In this document: piece after piece, positions 23,225 through 35,380 of the stretch
How positions within the stretch are numbered: the stretch's first letter is position 1
Layout of the letters: every line of letters begins with the position of its first letter
Origin: Vicugna vicugna
Lineage: Eukaryota
NCBI GenBank assembly: GCA_013265495.1
Contig: MU062380.1
Span: 3,411,540 to 3,475,539, forward strand
Direction: 5' to 3'
Length of the DNA: 64,000 nt
Made by a program: the position numbers and the translations under genes
The notes under the pieces: model-generated
Databases searched by the model: none
Told to the model about the DNA's origin: nothing
What the model saw: only the letters and a program-made list of their open reading frames with translations

Positions 23225-23980
23225 TAGAATAACGGAGGTTCTAGCCTTGGAAATTAAAGTCCTGGTGACTCAGGCAAGAAACGTGTATCTGCTAAAGTGA
23301 TGGCCAAGGGAAGGGAAATCTAGAGAACATGATGGGGGGAAATGATTATCAGTTAGGGCCTTGGACCAGCCGCAACTGTGTGGCCTGTAGCTTGTTCCAC
23401 TAGCCCTCCTACCGTGAGACTGTACACAACCACCACCCTGAATGACACATTACAGATTAGATTCAGTATGTGCTCAACAGTACAGGGAGTGGTTGAGGAA
23501 ATCATACACCTCTTCTGCCTCACTTTCTCTTGGCCCATCTTTTTACTCCAGTTGCTGCTGCAGCTCAGTGGCCTGCAGATGTGACCAGACAATACTTCAC
23601 CTCAGCACCTGCTTTCTACCCTAAGCTTCCTTCCTCTTCCATAAGATGCCTGTAAGAACCCAGTCAGCATGTATGAGGCATGCCCACTCCTGGGAGAGCG
23701 AGGGAATTAACTGCATGAGACAACGCTTAACCAGCAGGGAGAGAGCTAGTAGGTATTTGTTTTTTCCATGTCTGGAGGGAAAACTGTGTCCATCCCACAG
23801 AGCTCCCCAGAAGGCTCCTATAGGAATTGAGCCCATTACCCTCAGTGGCAAAAGGCCAAGAGCACAGTTGATAGGCTTTCCCTTCATCCCTGTTTCACTC
23901 TTGCCAGTCTCCCACTCCTTAAACTACCTACATACAAGCTTTTCTCTCAGGCTCTGCATTTTGGGGGTACTCTAGGCTCA
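23225..23980 (+). mobile_element. ERVL-type internal remnant and LTR16-like LTR
   Basis: gtgactcaggcaagaa...tatcagttagggccttggaccagccgc...tagcttgttccact resembles ERVL internal 3' sequence; ends ctcaggctctgcatttt...ctaggctcataca. Confidence 0.45.
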
Positions 23981-24533
23981 TACAAAGATCAAATGAGAGA
24001 ATAGTTGGGATATACTTTGAAAGTTAAAACCGATGTACTCACGTAAGCCAGCTCTACAGAGCGTGCTGTTCCTCCTACAGCACTTGTTTTTACTGTCTTT
24101 ATCTGTATAAAATTGCCGCTGTGGCAAAACTGAACTATAAAGCATGGGGTAGCTTTTACTGAGCAATACTCTGTTAGTTCATTTTCATCTTTATGACCTT
24201 ATGAGGTAGCAGGCATTACTGTCTCCATGCCGTAGATGAGAAAAGAGGCCTGGTATTCCAACTGCTAAGCTCAAGCTAGGATTCCAGCCTGTATCTGACC
24301 TCCAAAGTCCATGCTCTATACCATTTTACTTCTGTTCCTCAGCATGGCTTCCACCCTCCCTGTCTTCTCGCCCCACAGTGGCCCCCAAACTAGCCATACC
24401 CAACACTCTGCTCTTTTGTGCTCCTGTTCTACTGTCAGCCCCTGTGATCTTCAGAGCCTAGATCAAGTGTCATCTCCCTACACAGAACTGCTTCTTTATC
24501 AGCTTGCCCGCATCACTTTCCTGAATCTCTTTA

Positions 24534-24667
24534 TTTTTTTTTAATTTGAGGGGGGGGTAATTTCATTTGTTTATTTACTTACTCATTTATTTAATGGAGG
24601 TACTGGGGACTGTACCCAGAACTGATCCATATCAAGCATTCACTCCACCGCTGAGCTACACCCTCCC
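24534..24667 (-). mobile_element. Camelid-type (Vic-1-like) SINE
   Basis: T-tail, (TTTA)n, then gaggtactgggga...ctccaccgctgagctacaccc. Confidence 0.75.
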
Positions 24668-25029
24668 TCGCTCTTTTTTCTTTAACCACGTGGTTATAAC
24701 TGTTCTGCTGCATTTACCACTGGGACTGGAGTCAAACAACAGCTTAGGTCTTAAGGGGTACCAGTAATAAGCACTCAAATCATTCAAATAATAACTGTTG
24801 AGTAAACAGTTGTCAGAGTGTGTCTTACTGACTGCTGTATTCTCACTATATAGCACAATACCTGGCTCACAGCAGACATATTCATTGAATGATTGACTGA
24901 AAGATGAACATGAATCTGTTTCTTCATTAAACTGTGAACTCTTACAAAGCAAGGATTATGCAATGTCCAGCAAGTGTTTGTTGAATCAAAATAATATTAA
25001 GAAAGATAAACTATTTAATGATTAACAGA

Positions 25030-25035
25030 TTTATT
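25030..25035 (-). terminator. NDUFB4: NDUFB4 polyadenylation signal
   Basis: TTTATT on + (AATAAA on -), about 35 nt after the TAA stop. Confidence 0.8.
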
Positions 25036-25069
25036 TAAACAATAGTATATATAATCATCATTGCCAGAC

Positions 25070-25132
25070 TTAATATGAGATGTTAAATGTTCGATCCAAT
25101 TTTCCTTCCTGGATAAGCTTCTTTTTCTTATC
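25070..25132 (-). CDS. NDUFB4: NDUFB4 exon 3 coding part (63 nt including TAA)
   Basis: tctgtctatacag acceptor on -. Translation: [20 protein letters not shown]. Confidence 0.96.
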   Translation of the reverse strand, partial: DKKKKLIQEGKLDRTFNISY

Positions 25133-26299
25133 CTGTATAGACAGAGAAAGAAAGTATATTAAAAACAATGCATTCTGGTACAACTCTGAAAAACAGAATG
25201 AAATACTCTAAACCTAATTCCAATCCCCCACTGCTAAAGCACACAGAGTACGAGTGAGGAAGTAGTAATCTGAAGAAATAAAGGGACAATAAGAAAACAC
25301 TCCTATTGAAAACTATCTTATCTATATTTTAGTAAGTAGAATTATATTACCCCACTAAATAGCATACACTAAGCAGAATGCAAATACCTTCTGGATAAGT
25401 GTGGCCTACCTTTCTGTTAAGTGATAATTTATCAGATAATCAAAATATGTACAGGAGAGTGGGTTGGCCAGTTTAAGGCACAGCTGCATGGGTGGGCTCC
25501 AGTGCAGATGGTAACATGAGGCCTCGAGGAGGAGCTGGGGCTGGGGGTGTAGTGTCAAAGATAAGCTTGGCTTTTTGTGCAGTCACATACCCAGGCCTCT
25601 GGTGGCAGTGATTCCCACCACTGGCTGCTTTTGCTTTTCTGCTGTTACAGTATTAATACGTTTTAACATTAATTCACAAAACGTGACCAACGTAATCACG
25701 CAAACAGAGAACATACTAAGTGATATATGTATTCTGCTAATACTTAGCCCAATAAATATCTTTTTAAAACAATGAAATAGAAAAACAAAATATAAAAGTT
25801 GGCAAAGATAACATCTAAAGGTTAATCAGAATAGAAAAGTTTAACTTCTGTACATCTAATGAGAAAAAAATTAACTTTTTAAGTTATTTCTGTATTCTCT
25901 TGCTTAATATACACAGTACAATTTCCTTACATCATGTAAAACACACTAAGAAAACTCTTTCATGAGCTAAGTTCAAGTCTTAGATATTTAAACTGATCAA
26001 TTTATTACTTCAAATTCTAAAGCAGCCATTAAATTAAATTTGAAAGACCCAGAGACCATCATGGTTTTTAAGAAAGTTTATTTCTATACGAGTTGAAAAG
26101 ATAAAACCATAAAATGAAACATATCATTTGAAACTTTCTGTTTTAACTCTGCTAGAAAGGAATCAAGATAAAAGAGGAACTGAGGAAGAGTAGAGAGCAA
26201 GATGGGAGTAGCAGCAGTAGAATCATCAGGAGAGAGAGCTGCAGCCAGCACAGGGGAAACGCATCACACAGGTACCGAATATCAGGTCCTAATACTTAC

Positions 26300-26446
26300 T
26301 CTGTCAGTTTTGAAAACATAAAACCAGAAGAAGAGGGGCCCAATTCCAAATAGAGCTCCTAACAGTGAGGTCTTGGGAGTGGGTTTGAAATTGGGATAGA
26401 TATTTGATGATCTTGCGTAGGTCCAGCGAATCAAGGCAGGATCTTC
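26300..26446 (-). CDS. NDUFB4: NDUFB4 exon 2 (147 nt, includes the TM helix)
   Basis: ttttcattttag acceptor, gtaagt donor on -. Translation: [49 protein letters not shown]. Confidence 0.97.
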
Positions 26447-27699
26447 CTAAAATGAAAACAAAATACAGGAGATTAAGTTCTACACTGAGAAACAGTCTCA
26501 TTAGCACTTTGTGGAGAAGCACAGGAGATGGCCTTTGTCCTCTTCCACAGTTAAGGGTATACCCTGAATATTCCTAAATACCTTCAGGGAAGATCCCTCA
26601 TTTCTAGTATTTGTTGAATAATTCTCTGATGATCCTGTTCAGAATTTAAAAGACTCATATCCTCCTTCAGCTTTCTATTTATTTAAGATAAGAATCCCAA
26701 TCATTTTAAGCTGTCAGAGAAGGCACTTTTTTAAAAATCATTTTTTCCTATTCTTTTCTGGATTGTTTTTGGCTTCATTGTCTTTCTTGAAATAAGACCA
26801 ACAGAACCACACAGTATTTCCAATGGAGACAAACAGATTTCATATGCTCTGTCATACTGTGTAGTTTGTTTCCAGAACCCTTTCTAATGCTACCCTACAC
26901 AGATCTTTTCCAGGCTACAAATAAACTGCAGGAAGGGGAAGACTGTCGGCTAATTCTGAACTTTCCCTTTTATGAGCTGACTTGGCTAGTATTTTAAGAG
27001 CAAAATTATTACATTTCACACTATTAAAATAGTTTTTTAAAAGGACAAGTTTGTTAAAGAAATAATCAGATTGTCTTGGTTAAGAAACAAAGTAATTGTC
27101 AATTTTAATATATTTATACTAGAAATAATTATGTAAAAATAGCAAATCTACCCTAAACACAAAATTAAATCTAATTAGCTAAATCCCCTAATGATTTTAC
27201 AAAATTATTTGCTCCAATTAACTGACAGATAAAAATAAGCATATGAAATCAGCTTTAAAACTTCAATACTAAGCTGTAAAGAGAACATTCAAGGTCTTAA
27301 CCAACAGCAAGAAGTCGTAACTGATAGGACAAAAATAATTAAACTGGATCTTCCACAGTAACATTTTAAACCAGACTGTTTGCAGAGATAGTAAAGAAGG
27401 TGAAGACACAAGATACAGGTTCAAGGGGACGTTTGAGCTCCACACCTGAAAGGATAAATTTTTCTATCTACTCTAGTATCCATCCCTTCCTGCTATTAAC
27501 ATATTTGAATGACTCTCCCATGCCAGAATTCTCAATCTACCAGTCACCTCTCTACACTTTAATACCTGCCAGGTCTGTCTTCTTGAAACAGACATTTCAT
27601 TTCATAAAAATACTAAGATCCCCATGACCATAGGTCATTGAATGAGGTACTGTTGTTGAGAGAGGTTCCAAAGCGTGGCATGGGAGACAGTTCTCCTGT

Positions 27700-29015
27700 G
27701 ACACCACTCCATGTCCAGAGGACTATGGGCAGCATCTGACATGGTGAACACTCCTTGAAATCATTTCTTCACTTCACTTCCAGGGCACACACCGGCTTGG
27801 TTTTCCTACTAATTCTCAGGCCATTCCTTCTTAAGTCTTTTTTGCTCTCTTCCTCCTTATCTCCCAATCTCTTAATACTGGACCTCAGACCTTGTGGGTC
27901 TTTCCTATCTACATGCACTCCCTTGATGATCTCCTTTAGTCATATGGCTTTAAGTAGCCATCTATAGGGTGATGACTCCCAAAGTTATGCCTCCAGCCCT
28001 AGATTTGCACCCTGAACTCCAGATGTACTTACTATCCCACTCCCTGCTCAATGTTTACATACTAACAAGCAAATGTGATGTATCCCAAATTGACTTCCCA
28101 ATATGCCATTCTACCACCATCCCTGATCCTTTCACATTCTTCCCTATCTCGGTAAAAGGCAATTTCATTCTTCACTTAGGTCAAAAACCTTGGACTCATT
28201 CTTGACTCCTCTCTTTCTCTTACACCACATATCCAATCTGCCAGCAAACCTGATTGCGTCTAATTTCAACCCATAACCAGAACTGACCACTTCTTACCAA
28301 CTCCACTGCCATCACTTTTATAGCCACTATCAACTAAGAAATTAGATTACTGTAAAGATTCCTAACTAGTCTTCTTGCTCCTGCTTTTGCCCCCTATAGT
28401 CTCTTAAACTAAGCAGCCAGAGATGTTGCTAAAATCTAAGTCTTGATTATGGAACTCCTGACTCAGAAAAGTCCTTACAGTGACGTTCAAGGCCTGGCGT
28501 GATCTAGTCCCAGCTACCTTTCCCATCACATCTTTTCCTACTCTGTCCTCACTTTTCTCCATTTTAGTCACAATGGTCTCTTCAGTATTTGGGGGATTAA
28601 CCACGCACACTCCTGTCTAAGAATCCTTGTACCTGCTGTCCCCTCTGCCTGAAATGCTACTTTCCCAAAGAGCTGAATGGCTAGCTCCCTCACTTCACTT
28701 CTCTCAGATCTTTACTCCAATGTCACCTTCCAGCCAAGGCCTTTCTTGAGCCTTTCTAAAACTGCAGATGCTCTCCCTCCTGACTACATACACACATTCC
28801 TAATCCCCTTCCTTGCTTTATTTTTCTTCTTATCACTTACCACTATCTAACTAACTATGCTAAATGATTCAATTTTTTAAACTTATTACTTGTCTCCCAC
28901 TGGAAAGAAAGCTTTCTGAGGACAGGAGCCTGCCTGTTTTGTTCTTCACTGTTACCACAGCCCCTAAAACAGGGCCTGGCATAAATAGACCCCAAGCAAT
29001 TATTTATCACTGAAC
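27700..29015 (+). mobile_element. Long L2 fragment in NDUFB4 intron 1
   Basis: gatgactcccaaagtt...cctgaactccag...aaaaccttggactcattcttgactcctctctttctctt...ggcctggcataaatagac. Confidence 0.8.
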
Positions 29016-29347
29016 CAATCATTCATAAAGATTAGGTAAGGAAATTTCCTTGTACTGCTCAATATATGATTATCTTAGGCACTCATTAACCTAACAAAAA
29101 AACCGAACAACCAATGAGGCAGCTGTAAAATGTGTTTTACATTGCAAAGCTAAAACTGCTCTGGGTCACAGAAATGGAAAAGAGAAAACCTGAAGTTTAA
29201 ACTTCAGTTCTGACTGAGGGCCTCATTTTTTTTTTAACTACATCTTACCATCTGGCATATCAAACCCAATCATGTGAGTATATACATAATGAATGTTTCA
29301 TTCCACAACTTCTCCCAAGTAAACAAGGGTTCTGGCTGGAGAGAATA

Positions 29348-29567
29348 CAGCCAACTGGTTAAGAAATGCTTTGGGTTACAGAGACTCGGTTCAAATTCTG
29401 CTCTATCACTTGCTAACGGAGTATCACTTTATGACATACTTGTCCCTCCCATGTTATCTTTCTCATCTGTAAAATGGGGACAGTAATAGAGCTTAACTCT
29501 TTAAATAGCTGTGGTATTTGAATATCATATATAAAGAGTTTCAGTAGTGCCTGGCACATTGTAAATT
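29348..29567 (+). mobile_element. MIR SINE
   Basis: ggttcaaattctgctctatcacttgct...ctcatctgtaaaatgggg...gtgcctggcacat. Confidence 0.7.
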
Positions 29568-30064
29568 TCCTTCAGTCCTTACAATTTCCTAAAATTCCTA
29601 CAGAATACCAAAACAACTGTTGGGAAAAAAATTTTTTTTATATCATATTTAAACAACTCTTGAACAGAAACTTATCTAAAAGCAAACTTATTAAATAATA
29701 ATAGCTATCAGTTTACTGGACATGTATTATGTGCTAGGAGTGAAGAATGTACTACCATTTCCATATGTGAAAATCAGAACACTAAGGTTCAGAAGGGTTC
29801 GGGATATTGCACAAGGTCATACAGTTTGCCTGTTGTAATGCCTTGGCCTCTGACTCCAAAGCCCCAAGCTGTAGGGTGTTTAAGTCTTTAAAAGATATAA
29901 ACTGAAGTTTATATCTATAGTCATTTATATCTACAGACTATTATCACTATAGTCCCATTAGGGGAGACCAGTATTGCTATGAACTGTTAATTGAGAAGTG
30001 GAAAACAGCTTTAAAAGAAATACACCCCCCCCCCCATTTTCTGAACATTCATTACCAACCAAGC

Positions 30065-30285
30065 ACTGTGTTGGCCGGTCACGTGCCATATCTCCTTTAA
30101 TCCTCATAACAGCCTCATAAGATAGGCAGTATTATAGTAGTCCCATTTTCATGGTAGGAAAGTCGAGGCTAAGCAGCAGAGTTGAATAACTTTTTCAAGA
30201 TCACTCAGGCGGGAAGTGATTAAGCCAAGACTCAAACTCAGCCAGGTGTGAAACCAAAACCTGTCCTCTTGACCACCAAGCTGTC
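30065..30285 (-). mobile_element. MIR SINE flanking the NDUFB4 CpG island
   Basis: tttaatcctcataacagcc...cccattttc...gaggctaag...aataactt...caagatcac. Confidence 0.7.
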
Positions 30286-30474
30286 TGCTCAAGGTCAAAG
30301 GGCGAATGAATTGGTCTGCTCCCAGGGCCTGGACAAGGACGCACGTCTAAAATACAATTCGGGAACGGTGTCCGCCCCGCAGTGCGGTCCCCCTTGGCGA
30401 GTCTGGGCCGTCAAGTCCGACGGGGCCGCCTAGACTGTGGCCCTAGGTTCCCACCCGGCCGGCCCCTCACTCAC

Positions 30475-30654
30475 GATGACCCCTCGGCGGCTGGGGTCGT
30501 TGTACTGAAGTAGGTACTCTCGTTTAAGCCGGGATCTTATGGCCAACCGCTCGCCTTGTGCCTTCCGGGCTTCCGGAGATACGTCGTATTCAGCTGGGTC
30601 GAGGGTAGCGGGTTGAGTGGCTAGGCGCGACGGCTCGTACTTGGAGGACGACAT
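30475..30654 (-). CDS. NDUFB4: NADH:ubiquinone oxidoreductase subunit B4, exon 1 coding part (180 nt)
   Basis: ATG at 30654-30652 (gccaaaATG), gtgagt donor at 30474. Encodes [60 protein letters not shown]. Exons sum to 60+49+20 = 129 aa, the known NDUFB4 length. Confidence 0.98.
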
Positions 30655-30813
30655 TTTGGCAGCCCCGCGCACAACCGCGCCTGCGCGGCTCCGAGGCCCG
30701 CCCGCTTCATTCTACCTGCGTCCTGAGGAAGTGCGCCTGCGCGTTAGCCAGAGGTTGAAGATGGAGTTTGGCAAGGAGTGCTGCTGCTTTCCTCAACCCT
30801 CCTCCCTGTCCTG

Positions 30814-30825
30814 GCCCTCTAGTGG
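30814..30825 (-). promoter_or_regulatory. CTCF-like core upstream of NDUFB4
   Basis: Reverse complement CCACTAGAGGGC matches the CCASYAGRKGGC core exactly. Confidence 0.55.
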
Positions 30826-30929
30826 CGATCTGCGCGTGCGCTAGGTACTTTCCTCGCCTTCCCCACCCCTCCCCCACCTCCTTCCCCTGTCAGCCTCTGG
30901 AATCTGTCGTTTGTTCCTAGCAGCCTTAT

Positions 30930-31145
30930 CTCTGTCGACATATAGAGCTTGTTCTGTGAAGTTGAGCTGGCAGAGATAGGAAATGAGACTGACTGTGGAA
31001 TTCTGTTTCAGTGTGGGTCCAGTTCTGTGACCTGGGACATGACACTTAACTTCTTGGAGTTTCCTGTTCCATATCCTGGAGATAATGACTCCTGTCCACC
31101 TAGCAAAGTTGTTGTGAGGATTAAATAAAGTAATAAATAGATGCC
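30930..31145 (+). mobile_element. MIR SINE directly upstream of the NDUFB4 promoter
   Basis: tgtgacctgggacatgacacttaacttcttggagtttcct...gttgttgtgaggattaaat. Confidence 0.7.
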
Positions 31146-33199
31146 AACATATTTTGCAAAACACAATTTCTTATCCAAGAAAAAGAAAATGATCTTTTCT
31201 GTACGTTACTACTTTAGATACATACAACATAAGCAGAATAGTGTTTTTCAAAGGCATTTTTAATAGGAGAATGATGTTATAAGTGTTGCCTGCCCGATTA
31301 TACCAGGTCAGGGGGAAAAATGTATTGAATAAACCATGCGAAGAAACAATATCTGAGTTAAAAATACTAAAACCTCTTACGTAAAATTATTAGCGCTCTT
31401 CAGGTGCTAAGAAAAAAAAGCATCCTTAGAGATATGAAAGTAAGCATAGAGGCATTGTGTCTTGCTGTGAAAAATGATTTGGGGTGGGGGAGGGCAACTG
31501 AAAAGGAAACGTTCTCCATCCTTACTGTCCTTTACCCACTATCATCAAAGAAAAAGGGCGACCTCAGGTTGCACGGCAGGGTTTTTGGGTAGCAGTCAGA
31601 TACTCCTTAGGGGAAAACATGTTAGCAATATTTCCATAACTCAGGCAAGGAAAGCTGGATCAAAAGAGAGCTTCAGCCTGGATGAAATGTCTGGGGACAT
31701 GTAGGTAGTTGGGAAATTGTTGCTAGGCAGAGAAGGGACCTAGAAAGTGTTGGAACTTGAAGTGGTAAGGAGTAGCGCTGCTGTCAAACTTATTCAACAT
31801 TTTAATACTGTTTTAAAATATTTATTAAGCACTCACTGCGTGAAGCATACTGCACACTAGTCATTCTTAGTCAATCTTCTGGGCTCAGTGGGGGAAAAAC
31901 AGAAGAAATGAAGGACATGGTGTTTGTCTCCCAGGAGCTGACAGTCAGGCAGTACAGAAAGAATAGAGTATGATAATATTTGCAAAGCAGTTGAATGTCC
32001 AAATGAATATACAGTAAAGTGAACTCAGGAGAATGCAGGCTGAGGGAATGTAGAAAAAAGAAATTTGAGACAGATTACTCACACTCAATTTTAAAGGAGC
32101 CGGGGAAAGAGAAAGTTCTGATTTTGTCTAAGGTGTGTAAAAATATTAAGAAAATAAAACGAAATGAAAAGAGGACAGGTTGTATATTCTAAAGACTGCA
32201 TTAATAATTTCAAAAACCTCTTGTTTATAGATTAGACACTGATCTAGGAAAAGGGCATGTAAAAAAATAAAAGAAAAAAGAAAGGAATACAGTGAGTACA
32301 AGCCAACTGACAAAGGTAAAAAAAAAGACTTTTAATGTTAAGAGAGAGGGAGAGAGACAAAGACAGAATAAACTTCATCATTTTGTTTTGGATAAGTTAA
32401 GGGAGTTATCTCCACATTTACTTTATTATCATAAAGATCCCTTCAAATGACTGTTAAAAATATGAAGTCCTAGGTTTTGTCCTACTCTTGGAGATTCAGA
32501 ATTCATCTTGCAGGGGAACCCAAGAGTTTGTATTTTTTACATTTTCCTGAGGGGATTTGTACCATATTGCTTGTTTGAGAAACATAGAAATGACTACAAG
32601 AGGTCTTCCTTTTCCCAGAAAAGGCCCTCTTAGTGTGAATCTATTTAAGATGGAGACCTAGATTACACAGTGAAAGAAAAAGACTGGATTGGGACTTTAT
32701 CTTGAAATAATACAGCCAAAAATTTATGAAAATGAATTTATCTTATATTTAACACATTTTAGGTTACAGTTAAAACTGTGTGCTAATTCTTATAAATCAA
32801 GTGTTAATTTGTGAGGACATTATTTTCATGTAGCTCATTATCCTTCACTGCATTTGATTTTTTGCAGCAGGGTCATATTTGCAAAAGTGTTGGAGGGCAT
32901 TGTCCAGTTTTCCCAAGGCTTTCTCCCAAATCGATGAAACCAGATTATTTTCTTTCGATGCACTGATGTCATCCTCATCCTTATTGGTTTTCGCTTTTTC
33001 ACTTGTTACCTTGTCCAACTGTAAGATCCTCCTGTATTAGTGACTTTGCATGTGGATCTAGCAGTTCACCAACATCACTTTAATCAATTTCATGAAATTC
33101 CACATCTTTTGCAAGATTTGCAATAGATTTCTATTACATTTGAGGACTGGATATTTCCAAATGGCTGGCTATCAGTGCCATTTTTGTAATGGTTGTTGG

Positions 33200-34310
33200 T
33201 TTGTTCGGGTTTTCTTTTGGAATCAATTTCAGTAATTTACATTTGCTAAATATCTTGCTTTGAACCTATTGCCATAGTTTCTCATCTTATGATCTTTTCA
33301 GTCTCCACTGTCTTTATGATTCTCTTTTGCTTCTATTACTGTTTATTTATTGCATCTTTTTTTCTTCATCAATACTGCTAGAGTTCTGTCTACCTTGTCT
33401 TTTCACAGAACCTATTTTTTATTTTTTAATCATCTCTAATTAATAACTTTTCCTCTTATACTTACTTATTCTATTTTTCTTGAGATTACTCCAGTGTTCT
33501 TTTTCCAGCTTCTTAAGCAGAATGCTTATCCCATTTATTTTTGTTTATATATGTATTATAATTTTTATGCATGTAATTCTGTACATTTCATTTTAGCTAC
33601 ATCTCCACAAGTTTTTATTAGTATTTTTATTGTCATGTAACTCTGAGTAGCTTATAATTTCCATTATGTTTTTTCCCATAACCCATTAGTTATTTAGGAA
33701 TGTAAAAGGTTTTTTTGGTCTATCTTTTTATTGTTAATTTCTAATTTAATAGCTGTATTGTTTGAGAACTTTGTATAATATTAGTCCTTTTAAATTTGCC
33801 GAGACTCTCTTTAGGACTTCATAGTGATCAGTTTTTTGTTCAGTTCATTTTGTTTTGTTTTTAAAAAACCATTTTATTGAAATGTAACCTAATGTAAACA
33901 TATAGAAAAATGCATAAATTATGCATATGCTGTTCAGTGACTTATTACAAAGTGAGTACACCCTTGTAAGAATACGTTATTTTTATTGAAGTGTAGTTGC
34001 TGTACAATATTATGTAAGTTACAGGTGTACGATATAGTGACTCAGTTTTTAAAGGTTGTATTCCATTTATAGTTATCATAAAATATTGGTTATATTCTCC
34101 ATGTATACATAGTTATTTTATAATAGTTCCATGTGAGCTTAAAAAGAATGTATATTCTATATTCACTGAATGCAAGGTTAAATCAAGCTTGTTAATTGTG
34201 TGGCTTGGATCTTTCATATCTTTATTCATCGTTGTCTACTTGATCTATTTTTAATATAGAGGTGTATTATAATTTTTCAATGCCATTGTGGTTTGTTAAT
34301 TTCTCCTTGA
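33200..34310 (-). mobile_element. Old L1 (L1ME-like) antisense relic with a younger L1 3' end inserted (~33975-34105)
   Basis: T-rich antisense ORF2-like text; ttattgaagtgtagttgctgtacaatattatgtaagttacagg is an L1 3' terminus. Confidence 0.6.
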
Positions 34311-34749
34311 GGGAAATTAGAATACACAGGGTGAACTGAAGGTGAGATGGAAACATTTTAATGCGCATGGATCTGTGAATTGTTTTTACCATAAAGACAA
34401 AGCAACTCATACATAATGGTTTGCTCACTCCATCCATTTATTGTGCTGTATACAAATCAACCAGGGGGGAAAAAAAGATTTCTGCTTAAAATACACAATA
34501 CACTTAGAAACACATCTGTCATGTAGACATATCCAAAAGCTTATGAATATTACATTTTGTATTCCCCTTCTTCAGAGACAGTCTTTTCATCCTAGTCATA
34601 TATCTGTTCTTATTACTAAAGTCACTTACATAAGCACATATTTGTACTTGAAAGGAACAGTAAGTTCCCAACAAAGTGTAAGGTGACATTTTCTTGCAGG
34701 CTGTCAATTTAACATAAAAGAGGGTTAATCCTCTTAGCTGAGACTATGT

Positions 34750-35380
34750 CATGCTTTCTTCTTTGGGATAAAGTTCTGCCCTGTCATCATCTTTGCTTGG
34801 GAAAAGCAATATCCTCCTAGTTGGTTTTCGTATATACGTGCACATCTGCCATACTTCGGTTTTTTTTCCATACGGCAGCCAGAGTGACCTTTTAAAATAT
34901 CTGTTATCCTGTCTCCCCTAATTAAATTCTTAAATGACTTCAAGACCCGCTGAGGTCTGCTCCCTACCTCTCCAGCTACACTTCGCTCCATGCTCCCCAT
35001 CACTGAATGTGCTCTAGCTATACTGTAGTTCTTTCCTTCCACAGAGCCTTTGCACTTACTTTTCACCTTGTCTTAAACATTACACTCCATAGTCCTATTC
35101 ATCCTTCAGAACTCACTCAATTCTATAGTCCCTTAACTAACCAACAAGGTCCAATTCTCCTATGAGCTATAGCACTATAGACCTCTCCTTCATAACACTA
35201 ACTACAATCCTAATTTTACATTTTGTATTATTTAGTTCATCCCTGTCTCTCCCCTCCCCACCCTTCACATTAGAATGTAGGTTCTTTGAAGACCAGGACT
35301 GTTTCAGGCTTGGCTCACCCTGCATCCTAACACTAGCACAGTGCCTGGCACATCATAGCAGTGGTGAATGAATAAATGAC
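34750..35380 (+). mobile_element. L2 3' fragment
   Basis: cagccagagtgaccttttaaaat...ttagaatgtagg...cagtgcctggcacat...gaatgaataaatg. Confidence 0.75.

Larger units (their letters stand above)
30330..30860 (-). promoter_or_regulatory. NDUFB4: NDUFB4 CpG island and TATA-less promoter
   Basis: Densest CpG stretch in the window. NRF1-like GCGCCTGCGC (30677-30686), TGCGCCTGCGC (30732-30742), TGCGCGTGCGC (30831-30841); ETS/GABP core GGAAGT (30727-30732). Confidence 0.88.

Noticed and set aside
30583-30585. NDUFB4 Asp24 versus human Asn24 (implicated in supercomplex contacts)
   Set aside because: Recalled bovine and mouse sequences also have Asp here, so it is not unusual.
30645-30660. YY1 site overlapping the NDUFB4 ATG
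   Set aside because: The context is AAAATGTCG, lacking the ATGG core YY1 needs.
30430-30672. ORF-track 80-aa ORF as the full NDUFB4 product
   Set aside because: It uses a non-ATG upstream start and reads through the splice donor. The true exon 1 CDS is 30475-30654.
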